DNA of 43,971 nucleotides from Gammaproteobacteria bacterium (GTDB lineage Bacteria; Pseudomonadota; Gammaproteobacteria; Pseudomonadales; UBA6940): NCBI GenBank assembly GCA_038135915.1, contig JAYPYM010000003.1, positions 4,107 to 48,077 of the forward strand, read 5' to 3'. Shown piece by piece: positions 9,501 to 17,957 of this stretch (position 1 is its first letter; each line of letters starts with the position of its first letter). The notes under the pieces were generated by a model. It saw only the letters and a program-made list of their open reading frames with translations, ran no database searches and was not told where the DNA came from. The position numbers and the translations under genes were made by a program.

Positions 9501-11448
9501 TCTCAGCAACATCACCTCCTTCACCAGCATCCATGTTGCGCGCTGTTTCAGCAGCCTGTTGCAACCAACCGTTGAGGGTTTGACGAAAATGAAGGATTGC
9601 ATCAAGAGGTAATACTTCTCTTACGCTTTGTATGACACCCTGGATAGGTTCGATAACAGGGGCCAGCTGCTCCCTGATCGCATGCCAAGCAGCTTGAGCC
9701 TGTTCCTGAATCCACTGTATCAACCCACCCTCATTACTCCCAGCTCCATCTGAAATACCCAACTGCTGTTTCATCCAAGACCAGGCATCCCCAACAAAGG
9801 TTCTTATGGCATTTATCACTGGACGTGACCATTCCCAAATTTGACGCCCCAGACCAGAAATAAATGCCCATGTATCCCCGGCCACTTCCCGTAACCAATC
9901 CACCACAGGCGCCCCAAAACGCTGCCAAAGATCTGAAAAGTAGTCTCCAATGGGCCTAAAAAAATTGCTAATCGCTGACCAGGCATCACCCGCTAATTCC
10001 GTTACCATATCTCGCATCTGTCTCAATGATGCAAACAGGGGCTCACAATTGCCTTGCGCCAATCCAACGAGAATATTTGCTACACTGCCAGCCAAGCGTG
10101 AAAACGTCTGAAATAATGTGCCAATGACGCCGCTCTGATTAGACAAGCCTGTAAAAATTGAATCCGCGGCTTCACTGATTTTCTCACGGATATAACCAAA
10201 GAAGCCTTTTTGCTGAACCTCACGAATAAGATTCATCAGTTGCCTCGGCGCAACTCGTTCCACCACTGACCAGATCATGTCAACACCCACTTCAGCAGCA
10301 CCTGAAATCCTGTTGCCGATGTCGTTAACAGTGTTTAGAAATCGCCCTCCAAAACTGTCATCTTCATCCCTTTGAACTGAACTAACACTAGGATTCTGGG
10401 CGGTTGAAATCTGTGGCGATACAGCTGTTTCATGAACCTGGGGAGCAGCCCCTTGCTGGATCACGTGTGTTAATTCATGACCTAGTAGGTGCCGCCCCGC
10501 ATGAGAATCAGGCTGATATGCATCTCGGGCAAACACCACATGATCCTGATAGGTATATGCACGCGCATTGATAGCCTCTGCAGTCTCTGCTGCCTGCTGG
10601 TCAGTATGAATGGTAACATTAGAAATATCATACCCCATTCGATCACTAAAAAACTGAGCGATCTTCCCTGGAATTTTCCGCCCTCCTCTAAACACTGCTT
10701 TAATTCGTTGCCATAACCCAGGTTTTTCTGCGCCTGGTTGATCTAAACTGGTTGTCTTTCGCTGAAATTCGACTTCTTGCTCACATTCATCACAAAGCCT
10801 TTGCAGCTCTTCTTCAGAGGTGCTTTCAGCAATAGCGTTAACCGGCAATGACTCAGTTGTCTCAGCCATTGGTTTTGCTTGCAAGACTTCGGTTGCTACG
10901 CGATCCGCCTCTTTCTCCAAGGGGTCATCCGGCTGACTGACCACCACAGCTCGTTGTAATTTGGATGCTTGAGGATCTACTTCATGATTACATTCGTCAC
11001 AGAGACGATTTACCTGTTCCTTGTCTTCCTCAGCTGCGTCCCCGTGAAATACGTCCTCTTCACCATATTCGGATGTTTGGAGCTGTAGCGTTTCGTCTTG
11101 TTCATGTTCAGATATATCTCGTTGAAGGGAAACTTGTTCTTCATCGCAGGTGTCACACAAAGATTGGCTTGGGTCTTGTTCGGATCTTGCTAACACCTGG
11201 TGGGCCACACGATCTGCTTCTTGCTCTAACGCATCACTGGGTTGACTGACACTGACTTCTGGCTTGGCAGAAACAGGCCTGTGTTTAGCTTGAACACCAG
11301 CCTCTTTCAATGAAGCAGGATATTCATTACCCTGAATAACACGAAGCACTGCTTGATTTTGACGCAGACGACCCTGTTTGCGTGAAGTACGAGATGATCT
11401 CCCGTTCGTTGTCACCTTTGCTTTAACGCTGGTCTGAGCCCTTTCCAT
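6556..11448 (-). CDS. DUF4157 (eCIS core domain) protein with long amphipathic helical region and C-terminal DNA/RNA non-specific (His-Me) endonuclease domain
   Basis: DUF4157 signature MGYDISNVTIHTD...AINARAYTYQDHVVF...HLLGHELTHVIQQ; W/F-periodic helical middle; C-terminal KGHLLNHNIGGPGDSTNMYPITGAANSAH..VESRVK. Confidence 0.85.
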   Translation of the reverse strand: MERAQTSVKAKVTTNGRSSRTSRKQGRLRQNQAVLRVIQGNEYPASLKEAGVQAKHRPVSAKPEVSVSQPSDALEQEADRVAHQVLARSEQDPSQSLCDTCDEEQVSLQRDISEHEQDETLQLQTSEYGEEDVFHGDAAEEDKEQVNRLCDECNHEVDPQASKLQRAVVVSQPDDPLEKEADRVATEVLQAKPMAETTESLPVNAIAESTSEEELQRLCDECEQEVEFQRKTTSLDQPGAEKPGLWQRIKAVFRGGRKIPGKIAQFFSDRMGYDISNVTIHTDQQAAETAEAINARAYTYQDHVVFARDAYQPDSHAGRHLLGHELTHVIQQGAAPQVHETAVSPQISTAQNPSVSSVQRDEDDSFGGRFLNTVNDIGNRISGAAEVGVDMIWSVVERVAPRQLMNLIREVQQKGFFGYIREKISEAADSIFTGLSNQSGVIGTLFQTFSRLAGSVANILVGLAQGNCEPLFASLRQMRDMVTELAGDAWSAISNFFRPIGDYFSDLWQRFGAPVVDWLREVAGDTWAFISGLGRQIWEWSRPVINAIRTFVGDAWSWMKQQLGISDGAGSNEGGLIQWIQEQAQAAWHAIREQLAPVIEPIQGVIQSVREVLPLDAILHFRQTLNGWLQQAAETARNMDAGEGGDVAENQDSLRAILPAILESIQSFRGSLISTGVWVGEKIGQVVEVGQGFISAIARSPIVRGIGAAFGWLNDGLNHLNHWAQQTVQGLFTNIGNALVWLSQFIEPVLNALRRILEVVGNLLGRLPDFLLGPIWWLLPDCIKNPIKNFFIEQILARIPLFQQLMEAGDIWQRVQATALSILRQIFVDGDLMGAAWRFFREMLGLIGIPAQLVVRIIANAAQAISDIIMNPIGFLNNLLRSMWQGATQFFSNILSHLLGGVTGWLFGQIEEAGLTPPDITSFRSIVEFVFDLLGLTLENIWRILAEHVGRPLVDRIRSALEFATGAWEFVRVAVTEGLPGIWRMIQERLSDLWNLVLDSVASWVNSAIVTTASRWLLSLLDATGITPVINALIAVYRAIESFAQYLVQMLEVVNSVVAGLGEIAQGMIQRAADYLESTMAESLPIVIGFLANQFGLGRLGSRVRELVESLRERVNGALSWLIGNAVRLGSGFLDMVRSGVAAVRNWWENRHSFRDSTGQSHQLYFPSERGELTVESDPTPVGRFLSALVIANEDPQRAQKQNHKTRAQAKLNEINRIKTDIARQRRGADTSSLQTQLNQKINELSTHLTPLLGGVGDTNGRLPSPLTLNTLNDPPVTMPRSPEEEQIDLNGARQILLLAVETADGSEALATNFDRIRTRFALSEVSYQQNGDRYAVKLRASREQRVDVNVAHRGTTTGINMASSITHNTGTAAGDTVGISMEADPLGRDKINAGSEPRASALRGVMSKLVTNPSRRSASKYIKGHLLNHNIGGPGDSTNMYPITGAANSAHHSRVESRVKSWIDRQYWVSYRVRVRNITESIRHPNAKHPENFINATFQCEAHIKNLDGSEREAFNDNIISTYSQQDVGGEQVEETAPLNLNNGVRQALDNLSSGSRTAAAIANAVERYNASVASPIGFGSARISAMLDAYRETGDLASWTGARRSALTFVNNRATIIRSVLTSPITTD

Positions 11449-11487
11449 AGCTACCTTTTTTTACACCCTTGTATATGTACAAAAATA

Positions 11488-13482
11488 TCACCGGGGTGCA
11501 TTATCCCAATTTCGTTTCACATCTTTTTTAGTAAAAGCTTCATATTTAGCTCGCATGTTTGTATCAATACTTCCCGTAGCGGCAATGATAAAAGGCAAAA
11601 GCCGTTCAACACGTTTACGATCACGCGTTAGTTTAAGATAGGCACTGTCAACCACCAACCGCTTTTGTGGACCCGGGGAGCCAGACGCCCATTGCATTTG
11701 AGACCCCTTGCTCACATGAACGCCCTCCGACGCTGCCCTTCGCATCAATAGATAACGATCCAATACAGCAGCCATGTAACGTTGCTCAGCAAAAGTAGGC
11801 AAGGCTCGCGTATTGGGCCGATGAAGGTCGAACACGCGGGCAAAAGGAATGAACACTCGATGCTGATAATAGGTATTCGACCAACTGCCGTTTCGTCTAC
11901 TTTTTTCAAGTGTTCGATAAGCGCCCGAAACATCCTGCCCAACCCATTGCAGCCAGCTTTCCAACCAAGCGAGCCCTCTGCGAACATCATGCTGATCATC
12001 AGCTCTGCTAATCTGCGTGGTATCAATTACATCATTAGCAGACATGCGAGGTGCACAAAAGCTCTGATGCCCTGATAAACAAAATACTAACCGCGTATAG
12101 CTGTCAGTATTCTTGAGTGCTAGATTCGGCTGACTAGCTAGAAATGCAACTAAGCGTCGATGGCCATACCCAAAGTCTTCTGTACCAATAGATCCATGAC
12201 CAGCTTCATGAAGCACGACAAAAGCTTGCTTTTTTTGTTTATTAGACAATTCCTGTGGGATACTAAATGTACCAGCAAAATAGCGAGCACAAAGCGTCAT
12301 CATTGCATGACTACCGAGACCACTATTGAAAGCAATTGCAGTACGACAACTACTGAGACAAGCAGTCCCCTTTTGATGGTTGTTACGCATCGTTCCATCT
12401 ACATGACTTCGCCAGATAGTTAGATTTTTTCGCACTTTTCGACGGTGCCGTGTACTGCCAAAATACGCTTTTAATGCATCGTTACCATCCTGATGCCCAC
12501 GTACTAATTTCCCCAGGGCAAGCGTGATAAAATCACGTGCCTGGTCTAAAGATTTCTCCAATACCGGCTTTTCGGTAAGCGCATCTAAAGGTTGAATTCT
12601 AACCGCCCCAGGCGGGCAGGGTGCAGTGGTAGAACGAGCGGTTTTAGGCACTACCTCTACTTTTCTTCGTTGACGGTAACTGCTGACACCACTGCTTACA
12701 TTGGGTAGAGGCCTAGCAATTCTGGCTGGCGAGTCAGCCGGATCACACTTGCCAGGTGTTTGATGCTGAAGCAATTGCAAAGATCGTTCGACCTGCTGAA
12801 TACGCTGAGTGGCAAGCTGACTACCAAACGCCCTGACTTCATCTTCACTTTGATACCCCTCAAGAGTCAATTGGCAGCCTTTATGCGCTTTCGCTAGACG
12901 AGCAATTTTAAGGAAAGTTTCTATATTGAGTAGATGGCTACCGCGATCAAAAAATAAATCCTCATCCCGGCCTCCTGTCTGGGCCGAATTGATTTGAAAT
13001 TCACTAGCTGGTATAGCGCCTTGTTGGTGTTCAGGTACAAGTCGCTTGGAGCGAATTTCATCCAAACATTTTAAAGTATCTTGATTCATGACCCCTGTCG
13101 GAGTAATAGACCTAGTGTTTTGAAAGGCTCGTACACCAGATTCGGTATCAGGCCCATATTCTCGGTCGACACCATCTTTACGCGGCCCCCAGTGACCAAT
13201 ATCAAAACCTAAATCCACTAAAGCCTGCTGTATTAGCCCAACACTATCTTTCTTGGTTTGCGATTGAGTTAACGTACTGATTCCACGATATACATTCATT
13301 AAGCCCCTATCTTTCGGAAAAAAAACAGGTTCGGCACGACTGCCGAGCAAAGCGGGATCACAGCCTGTATGAATGACCTGATGCATTAAACGCTGATGAG
13401 ATTGAGAAGACAACGGCGTTCGATGCCCTACTCCCTTAGCCCCTCCTGTTTTATGCCCTCTACCTTTGACCTGAAGCTTCAT
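11488..13482 (-). CDS. Peptidoglycan-binding + OmpA-like + aspzincin (M35-like) metalloprotease; putative eCIS effector
   Basis: PG_binding_1 pattern (VGLIQQALVDLGF...GVDREYGPDTESGVRAFQ...TGVMNQDT); OmpA-C-like (LFFDRGS...LTLEGYQS...RRKVEV); HEAGH + GTEDFGYG + NTDSY. Start overlaps the upstream stop (ATGA). Confidence 0.8.
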   Translation of the reverse strand: MKLQVKGRGHKTGGAKGVGHRTPLSSQSHQRLMHQVIHTGCDPALLGSRAEPVFFPKDRGLMNVYRGISTLTQSQTKKDSVGLIQQALVDLGFDIGHWGPRKDGVDREYGPDTESGVRAFQNTRSITPTGVMNQDTLKCLDEIRSKRLVPEHQQGAIPASEFQINSAQTGGRDEDLFFDRGSHLLNIETFLKIARLAKAHKGCQLTLEGYQSEDEVRAFGSQLATQRIQQVERSLQLLQHQTPGKCDPADSPARIARPLPNVSSGVSSYRQRRKVEVVPKTARSTTAPCPPGAVRIQPLDALTEKPVLEKSLDQARDFITLALGKLVRGHQDGNDALKAYFGSTRHRRKVRKNLTIWRSHVDGTMRNNHQKGTACLSSCRTAIAFNSGLGSHAMMTLCARYFAGTFSIPQELSNKQKKQAFVVLHEAGHGSIGTEDFGYGHRRLVAFLASQPNLALKNTDSYTRLVFCLSGHQSFCAPRMSANDVIDTTQISRADDQHDVRRGLAWLESWLQWVGQDVSGAYRTLEKSRRNGSWSNTYYQHRVFIPFARVFDLHRPNTRALPTFAEQRYMAAVLDRYLLMRRAASEGVHVSKGSQMQWASGSPGPQKRLVVDSAYLKLTRDRKRVERLLPFIIAATGSIDTNMRAKYEAFTKKDVKRNWDNAPR

Positions 13483-16400
13483 TGAAGTAAATTCAGCCGA
13501 TCTTGGGCTCGCTTAATAATCACCCTGGCTTTGGCTTCATCAAGACCACTTTGTGTTAAGCGTGCTGTATCAGCAGTTGCGAGATCATTAATCGTGAGTA
13601 TACCTTCAGATTTTAATTGAAGATTTGTTTCATCATCTACTTCTGATATTTCTTTAATCGGCCTTTCTTTAGTGACATCCAGCTTTATTCTATTCAGATT
13701 GGTGCTGAGTGTACTCAAACCGGCTTCCATAGATTGCAGATCTGCCCTCGTCTTCTCACGCTCTGTTTTCAGCTGTTGAATTTGCTCCTTAAGTGCAGCG
13801 ACATCTTCTTCTGCTCTCGCTTTAGCCGTATTCATCTCTGTGATTTGATAACGAACCGAATGAAACTTTTCTAATGCCAATTTTCTGTTCTCAGAACGAG
13901 CAAGATCCAAATGAATTGCTTCCATATCCGACAAGGCTTGCTTACGCGCCTCAAGCGCTGCTAACTTTTCATCATCCAGAACAACATGATCTGTTTGTTT
14001 ATCTAGCGTATAGAATAGGACTTTTCCTTTTTGTTGATATAAGGTGACATGACTGCCCTTAGGAATACTTTTTGGTGTCGAACGATACTGCGCCAAGGCT
14101 TCATCGGCTTGCGCTGTTTTATATTCTTTCACATTCACAGACATGCCTTTATTTTCGAGCATCAGCTTTGCGTCATCTGTCTTCATATTACGATACTGTT
14201 GCTTGCTGGCAGAGGCTTTATTCGAGGTATTTCGATCGTGAAGTAAGCGATCACGCCCTAATTTTCCAACAACAACAGCATCCTGGGTATTCTCTCGCCA
14301 CAATACCTTCGTATCCGTTTTTTTAGCTCGTCGAACACCTTGCTTATAAGACTTACCTTTAAAAGGAGCAATAACACGTGTTGATGCTTGATATTTGCTG
14401 AGTTGTTCAGAAAATATATTTGGAATAATCGAACAGCAAAAGTTTGAGACACCTCGTTTAATCAATGGCAAGACAGGCACCATAGATAGCCAATATTTTA
14501 CTTTTGGTATCGTCCATAACTCCTTTCGTTTACCAATGTTACAGATTTTGTAGACCTCATTACCTTGCATGTTAATCTTAGCTAACCAGACTTTATCTGT
14601 TTCACTACAATCAGGGCATTTCATTAATAAAAGGTGGCAGAAGCAATCTTTTAGATTTTGTAGTAGATTCCCAAAAAGCGCCAAGAACGCCATGAGTACA
14701 GCAAGGCGGTAATTGCTTAGCTGCTGCAATTGACTATTCGAAAAGTTCAATTCATTCGCACCGATGGCAGATACCGTATTGCTAAAGTAGTTGAGCGTAT
14801 AGACATCGCCTGTTTTCTGGTTCACCGCTAGATCCGTTGGCATTAGCTGTACAGGAATACGTTCTACAGTTAAGGTGACGCCTTCAAACATTTGAAGCCT
14901 AAACTCATCTTGAAGAGATACCAATAAACGGTCAATTTGGTGATGATAAGTAAGACGAATTTCAGTATCGGGCAATTGTGAATAGCGGGATAAGGGCATT
15001 GGAACATCCGTTTCGAAAACGGCTGGATAGCACCAAATCGATTTATTTTGATTCGAACCGTCCACCACAATGTATACTTGGTTACCCTGATATGCTTCAT
15101 CCCGATTGCCACTTTGTGAAACAGCAATATCATCTTCTCCATAAGCCTGCTGCCCATCTTCATCTATCAATGGGAATGTATTAGCAAGAATGGGGCTCGC
15201 ATCAAGGTTGTTTCTCGCTTCGGTTAACCGGATATAAGCAATACGATCATAGTACTCTGGCGCCTCATCATCCATACTGGCTGCCGTTGCGAACAGGGTG
15301 TCATTATCGAAATCATAAGCCACCTGCCCTACTGCGTTAAATTCGATACTAGGGCTGGGCACAATTTTCTCGTTAGTAAATATTTTTTCAGTGTCCAACA
15401 CGTACAAACCTGCATTCAAACCCACCAGGAACAGAGTTTGATTAAAACCAGGCGAAAATCGTAGATCTGCAACCGTTACATTACAAAGCACAGCGCTAGT
15501 CTCCCAAACAGGCTTGCTGTTCTCTAACCTAGCACGACTGAGGATAGCATCCGTACCATTGAGATCAACAGCTGCATAGAGAAGCTTTCCATCGTTTGAC
15601 AAGCATAACGCAGTTACAGCACCACCCTGACCTGAAGGCACCTCTGTCTCTGCAACCAGTGTCTGCGTTTGCGTATCATAGATGTTAATGGTTGTATCGG
15701 CACTTTGATAAGTAAATACATATCGCCCTTCTGGATGAGCAAGAATACGCTCATGATGATGCTTACCAAAGTAGGTTGTTGCATTAAAACCTTTCGCAAA
15801 AGGATAGGCTGGAAAGTCTTGCCCCTTGAACATACCGCAAAATGTTTTACTTTGCATTAAGTCTCTGAGCTTGAGATAAAGGTCACGCAAAATGGCATGC
15901 TCTTTACGTGAAGTAAAAACATATTGGCCATGAGGTCGGTAAAATAGGTGAAAAATGAGATTAACTAATGTGACATATTTTTTACGTTGTGCTGAGATAA
16001 GCTCCCCATTTTCGGACTCAGCTGCATCGATATCATCTATGTCTAGCGCTCCCAAAACCTTCTTTATTTCTTCAAGTAGGTCCTGAATGCAGCTTTCATA
16101 AAAGTCCATCCAAATGGTGCCGTCTAGCCAATTGGGTTTCGCCTGACTCGGATCTTCATGGGTCACTCTAAGCACCGGCTCACCACTAACATCCAAGTCG
16201 ATATATAAACAGACAGAACCGTTACCGTCTTCATCTAATATATTGACATCTGTACTGTCCTGAAGCTCATCGATGGCATCCATAATGTCTTTTGTACGCG
16301 GTAAATCTAAGACAATATCATCGCCTTCGCAGCCAATTGCATAACCGTCAGTCACCACCACAGAACGACGCCTTGGCGCTTCTAACTCATCAGTCGGTGC

Positions 16401-17918
16401 TGTATCCGGTCCACACTGCACCTTCAAACCACAAACGACCCCCATGCCATGCAAATGCTTGTTATGCCAACGTAGGTCACGCTCTCGACACAAATAATCG
16501 ATAGCATCCTGGACGGTTCTCACTTCCGGCATGTCACACACATCATTCTTATAGCAAACATCTTTAGCACGAATGTCTGTGAGTTTCGGAAAATCAAAAG
16601 GCTTACAAATCGCTTGTCGTTCCGGATCAAACTGAACAATAGCACCAGCATCATCTACGTCGATCGTACCTAGCACAAAATACCGATGCTGAATGCCTTG
16701 GGGCAGCGACTCTTCCAAGAGTATTGACCCCGAATCGTGGATAGCATCTCTCACCGCTACCTGCCAGAAATCCCCAGCTACTGCCACCTTATCATTTAGC
16801 TCAACAGACAACACCAAGGCATTAAGATTAATTCGAATAGCACCACTCAAATCAATAAAAGCATGATCTGTATCAGCATAGGTATCACTGATAGCACGAT
16901 TACGATCGGCTCCCCGAGAGACCGCCCAATCACCCGAAGATCGTGTCAAGTGAACAAAGCCATCCCAGCGTCTCACTAAAGGAAGATCAGCCGGCTCTGC
17001 AGCAGTGGGATAGCCATCAAATAGCACACCTCGCTCGGGAGAGAATCCAGAAAGCAAGTGGTGCCCAATATGCTTCTCAGTGGTCATATTCAATGCTTCG
17101 TTGGTCTCATCTGGCCCAGAGAAAAATTCATAACACCATTTACTGGATGCGAATCCTGGTGGTACCTGACCAACTCGGTACTGCTCAGCACCATTCTCAC
17201 TTGACCACTTAAGCACAATCTCTGTCATTCTCGGCACAGGATCGTTTGACCAGGCTACATGATGAACCTCCAGGCGGAACAAATAATTGCCAACCGAATC
17301 TTGTAATGCCAACTCATTGGCACAAGGGTCGCAAGGATCTGGCGTGGTTTGCCCTTGGCGTACACTTAAATTTACAGGGATGTTTCCTACGCTTGGATTA
17401 ATAGCCGGATTATTCTGAATATCATCAGGAGCAATACTCGTATCACAGGCTTTTATTTGAGCCATGATTTGTTTTCGCGTGCAGGTATCTGCTCCTTTTA
17501 GCCCTGGATCAAGTAGTGATGGTTCTTCCAATGCAGTCACTGACCGCTCCCAAACATCTGCGTACAGCCTATGCCTGCCGGCAGTCAACACCGGCGCAGA
17601 CGGAAAGTCTGCCTGTTGTGCAAAATCAAAAGCAGGTGTAGTTACACTCGGAATGGGCACCACCCTAGCATGAACACCTTGCACATAAAGATGCCCCCAA
17701 CGCAAACCGTAACTATCAGGACCTGTGGGGATCACCATGCCCCTGTTACGTGGGGCACCACTACCAACCACATCTTCTAAGGCGTCAAACAACTGGTGTT
17801 GAACTAAATCAGATAACTCATTCCAATCGGCATCAGTGATCATACGCCCCATTTGCTGATAAATTCCAGAGTAACGATGATCAGTTGAAAAAGTATTTTT
17901 TGAAATCTGTGTTTTCAT
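13479..17918 (-). CDS. DUF6519-like large eCIS-associated protein (putative fibre/baseplate appendage) with beta-propeller, coiled coil and C-terminal HhH-like domain
   Basis: N-term YSGIYQQMGRMITDADWNE; VLKWSSENG; second module HNKHLHGMGVVCGLKV...GYAIGCEGDDIV; YVTN-like blades; Cys cluster CFCHLLLMKCPDC; heptad region; LKSEGILTINDLATAD. Confidence 0.75.
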   Translation of the reverse strand: MKTQISKNTFSTDHRYSGIYQQMGRMITDADWNELSDLVQHQLFDALEDVVGSGAPRNRGMVIPTGPDSYGLRWGHLYVQGVHARVVPIPSVTTPAFDFAQQADFPSAPVLTAGRHRLYADVWERSVTALEEPSLLDPGLKGADTCTRKQIMAQIKACDTSIAPDDIQNNPAINPSVGNIPVNLSVRQGQTTPDPCDPCANELALQDSVGNYLFRLEVHHVAWSNDPVPRMTEIVLKWSSENGAEQYRVGQVPPGFASSKWCYEFFSGPDETNEALNMTTEKHIGHHLLSGFSPERGVLFDGYPTAAEPADLPLVRRWDGFVHLTRSSGDWAVSRGADRNRAISDTYADTDHAFIDLSGAIRINLNALVLSVELNDKVAVAGDFWQVAVRDAIHDSGSILLEESLPQGIQHRYFVLGTIDVDDAGAIVQFDPERQAICKPFDFPKLTDIRAKDVCYKNDVCDMPEVRTVQDAIDYLCRERDLRWHNKHLHGMGVVCGLKVQCGPDTAPTDELEAPRRRSVVVTDGYAIGCEGDDIVLDLPRTKDIMDAIDELQDSTDVNILDEDGNGSVCLYIDLDVSGEPVLRVTHEDPSQAKPNWLDGTIWMDFYESCIQDLLEEIKKVLGALDIDDIDAAESENGELISAQRKKYVTLVNLIFHLFYRPHGQYVFTSRKEHAILRDLYLKLRDLMQSKTFCGMFKGQDFPAYPFAKGFNATTYFGKHHHERILAHPEGRYVFTYQSADTTINIYDTQTQTLVAETEVPSGQGGAVTALCLSNDGKLLYAAVDLNGTDAILSRARLENSKPVWETSAVLCNVTVADLRFSPGFNQTLFLVGLNAGLYVLDTEKIFTNEKIVPSPSIEFNAVGQVAYDFDNDTLFATAASMDDEAPEYYDRIAYIRLTEARNNLDASPILANTFPLIDEDGQQAYGEDDIAVSQSGNRDEAYQGNQVYIVVDGSNQNKSIWCYPAVFETDVPMPLSRYSQLPDTEIRLTYHHQIDRLLVSLQDEFRLQMFEGVTLTVERIPVQLMPTDLAVNQKTGDVYTLNYFSNTVSAIGANELNFSNSQLQQLSNYRLAVLMAFLALFGNLLQNLKDCFCHLLLMKCPDCSETDKVWLAKINMQGNEVYKICNIGKRKELWTIPKVKYWLSMVPVLPLIKRGVSNFCCSIIPNIFSEQLSKYQASTRVIAPFKGKSYKQGVRRAKKTDTKVLWRENTQDAVVVGKLGRDRLLHDRNTSNKASASKQQYRNMKTDDAKLMLENKGMSVNVKEYKTAQADEALAQYRSTPKSIPKGSHVTLYQQKGKVLFYTLDKQTDHVVLDDEKLAALEARKQALSDMEAIHLDLARSENRKLALEKFHSVRYQITEMNTAKARAEEDVAALKEQIQQLKTEREKTRADLQSMEAGLSTLSTNLNRIKLDVTKERPIKEISEVDDETNLQLKSEGILTINDLATADTARLTQSGLDEAKARVIIKRAQDRLNLLQ

Positions 17919-17957
17919 GGTCCAACTCTCTATAAAAAACGGTGGATTCTATATGAA

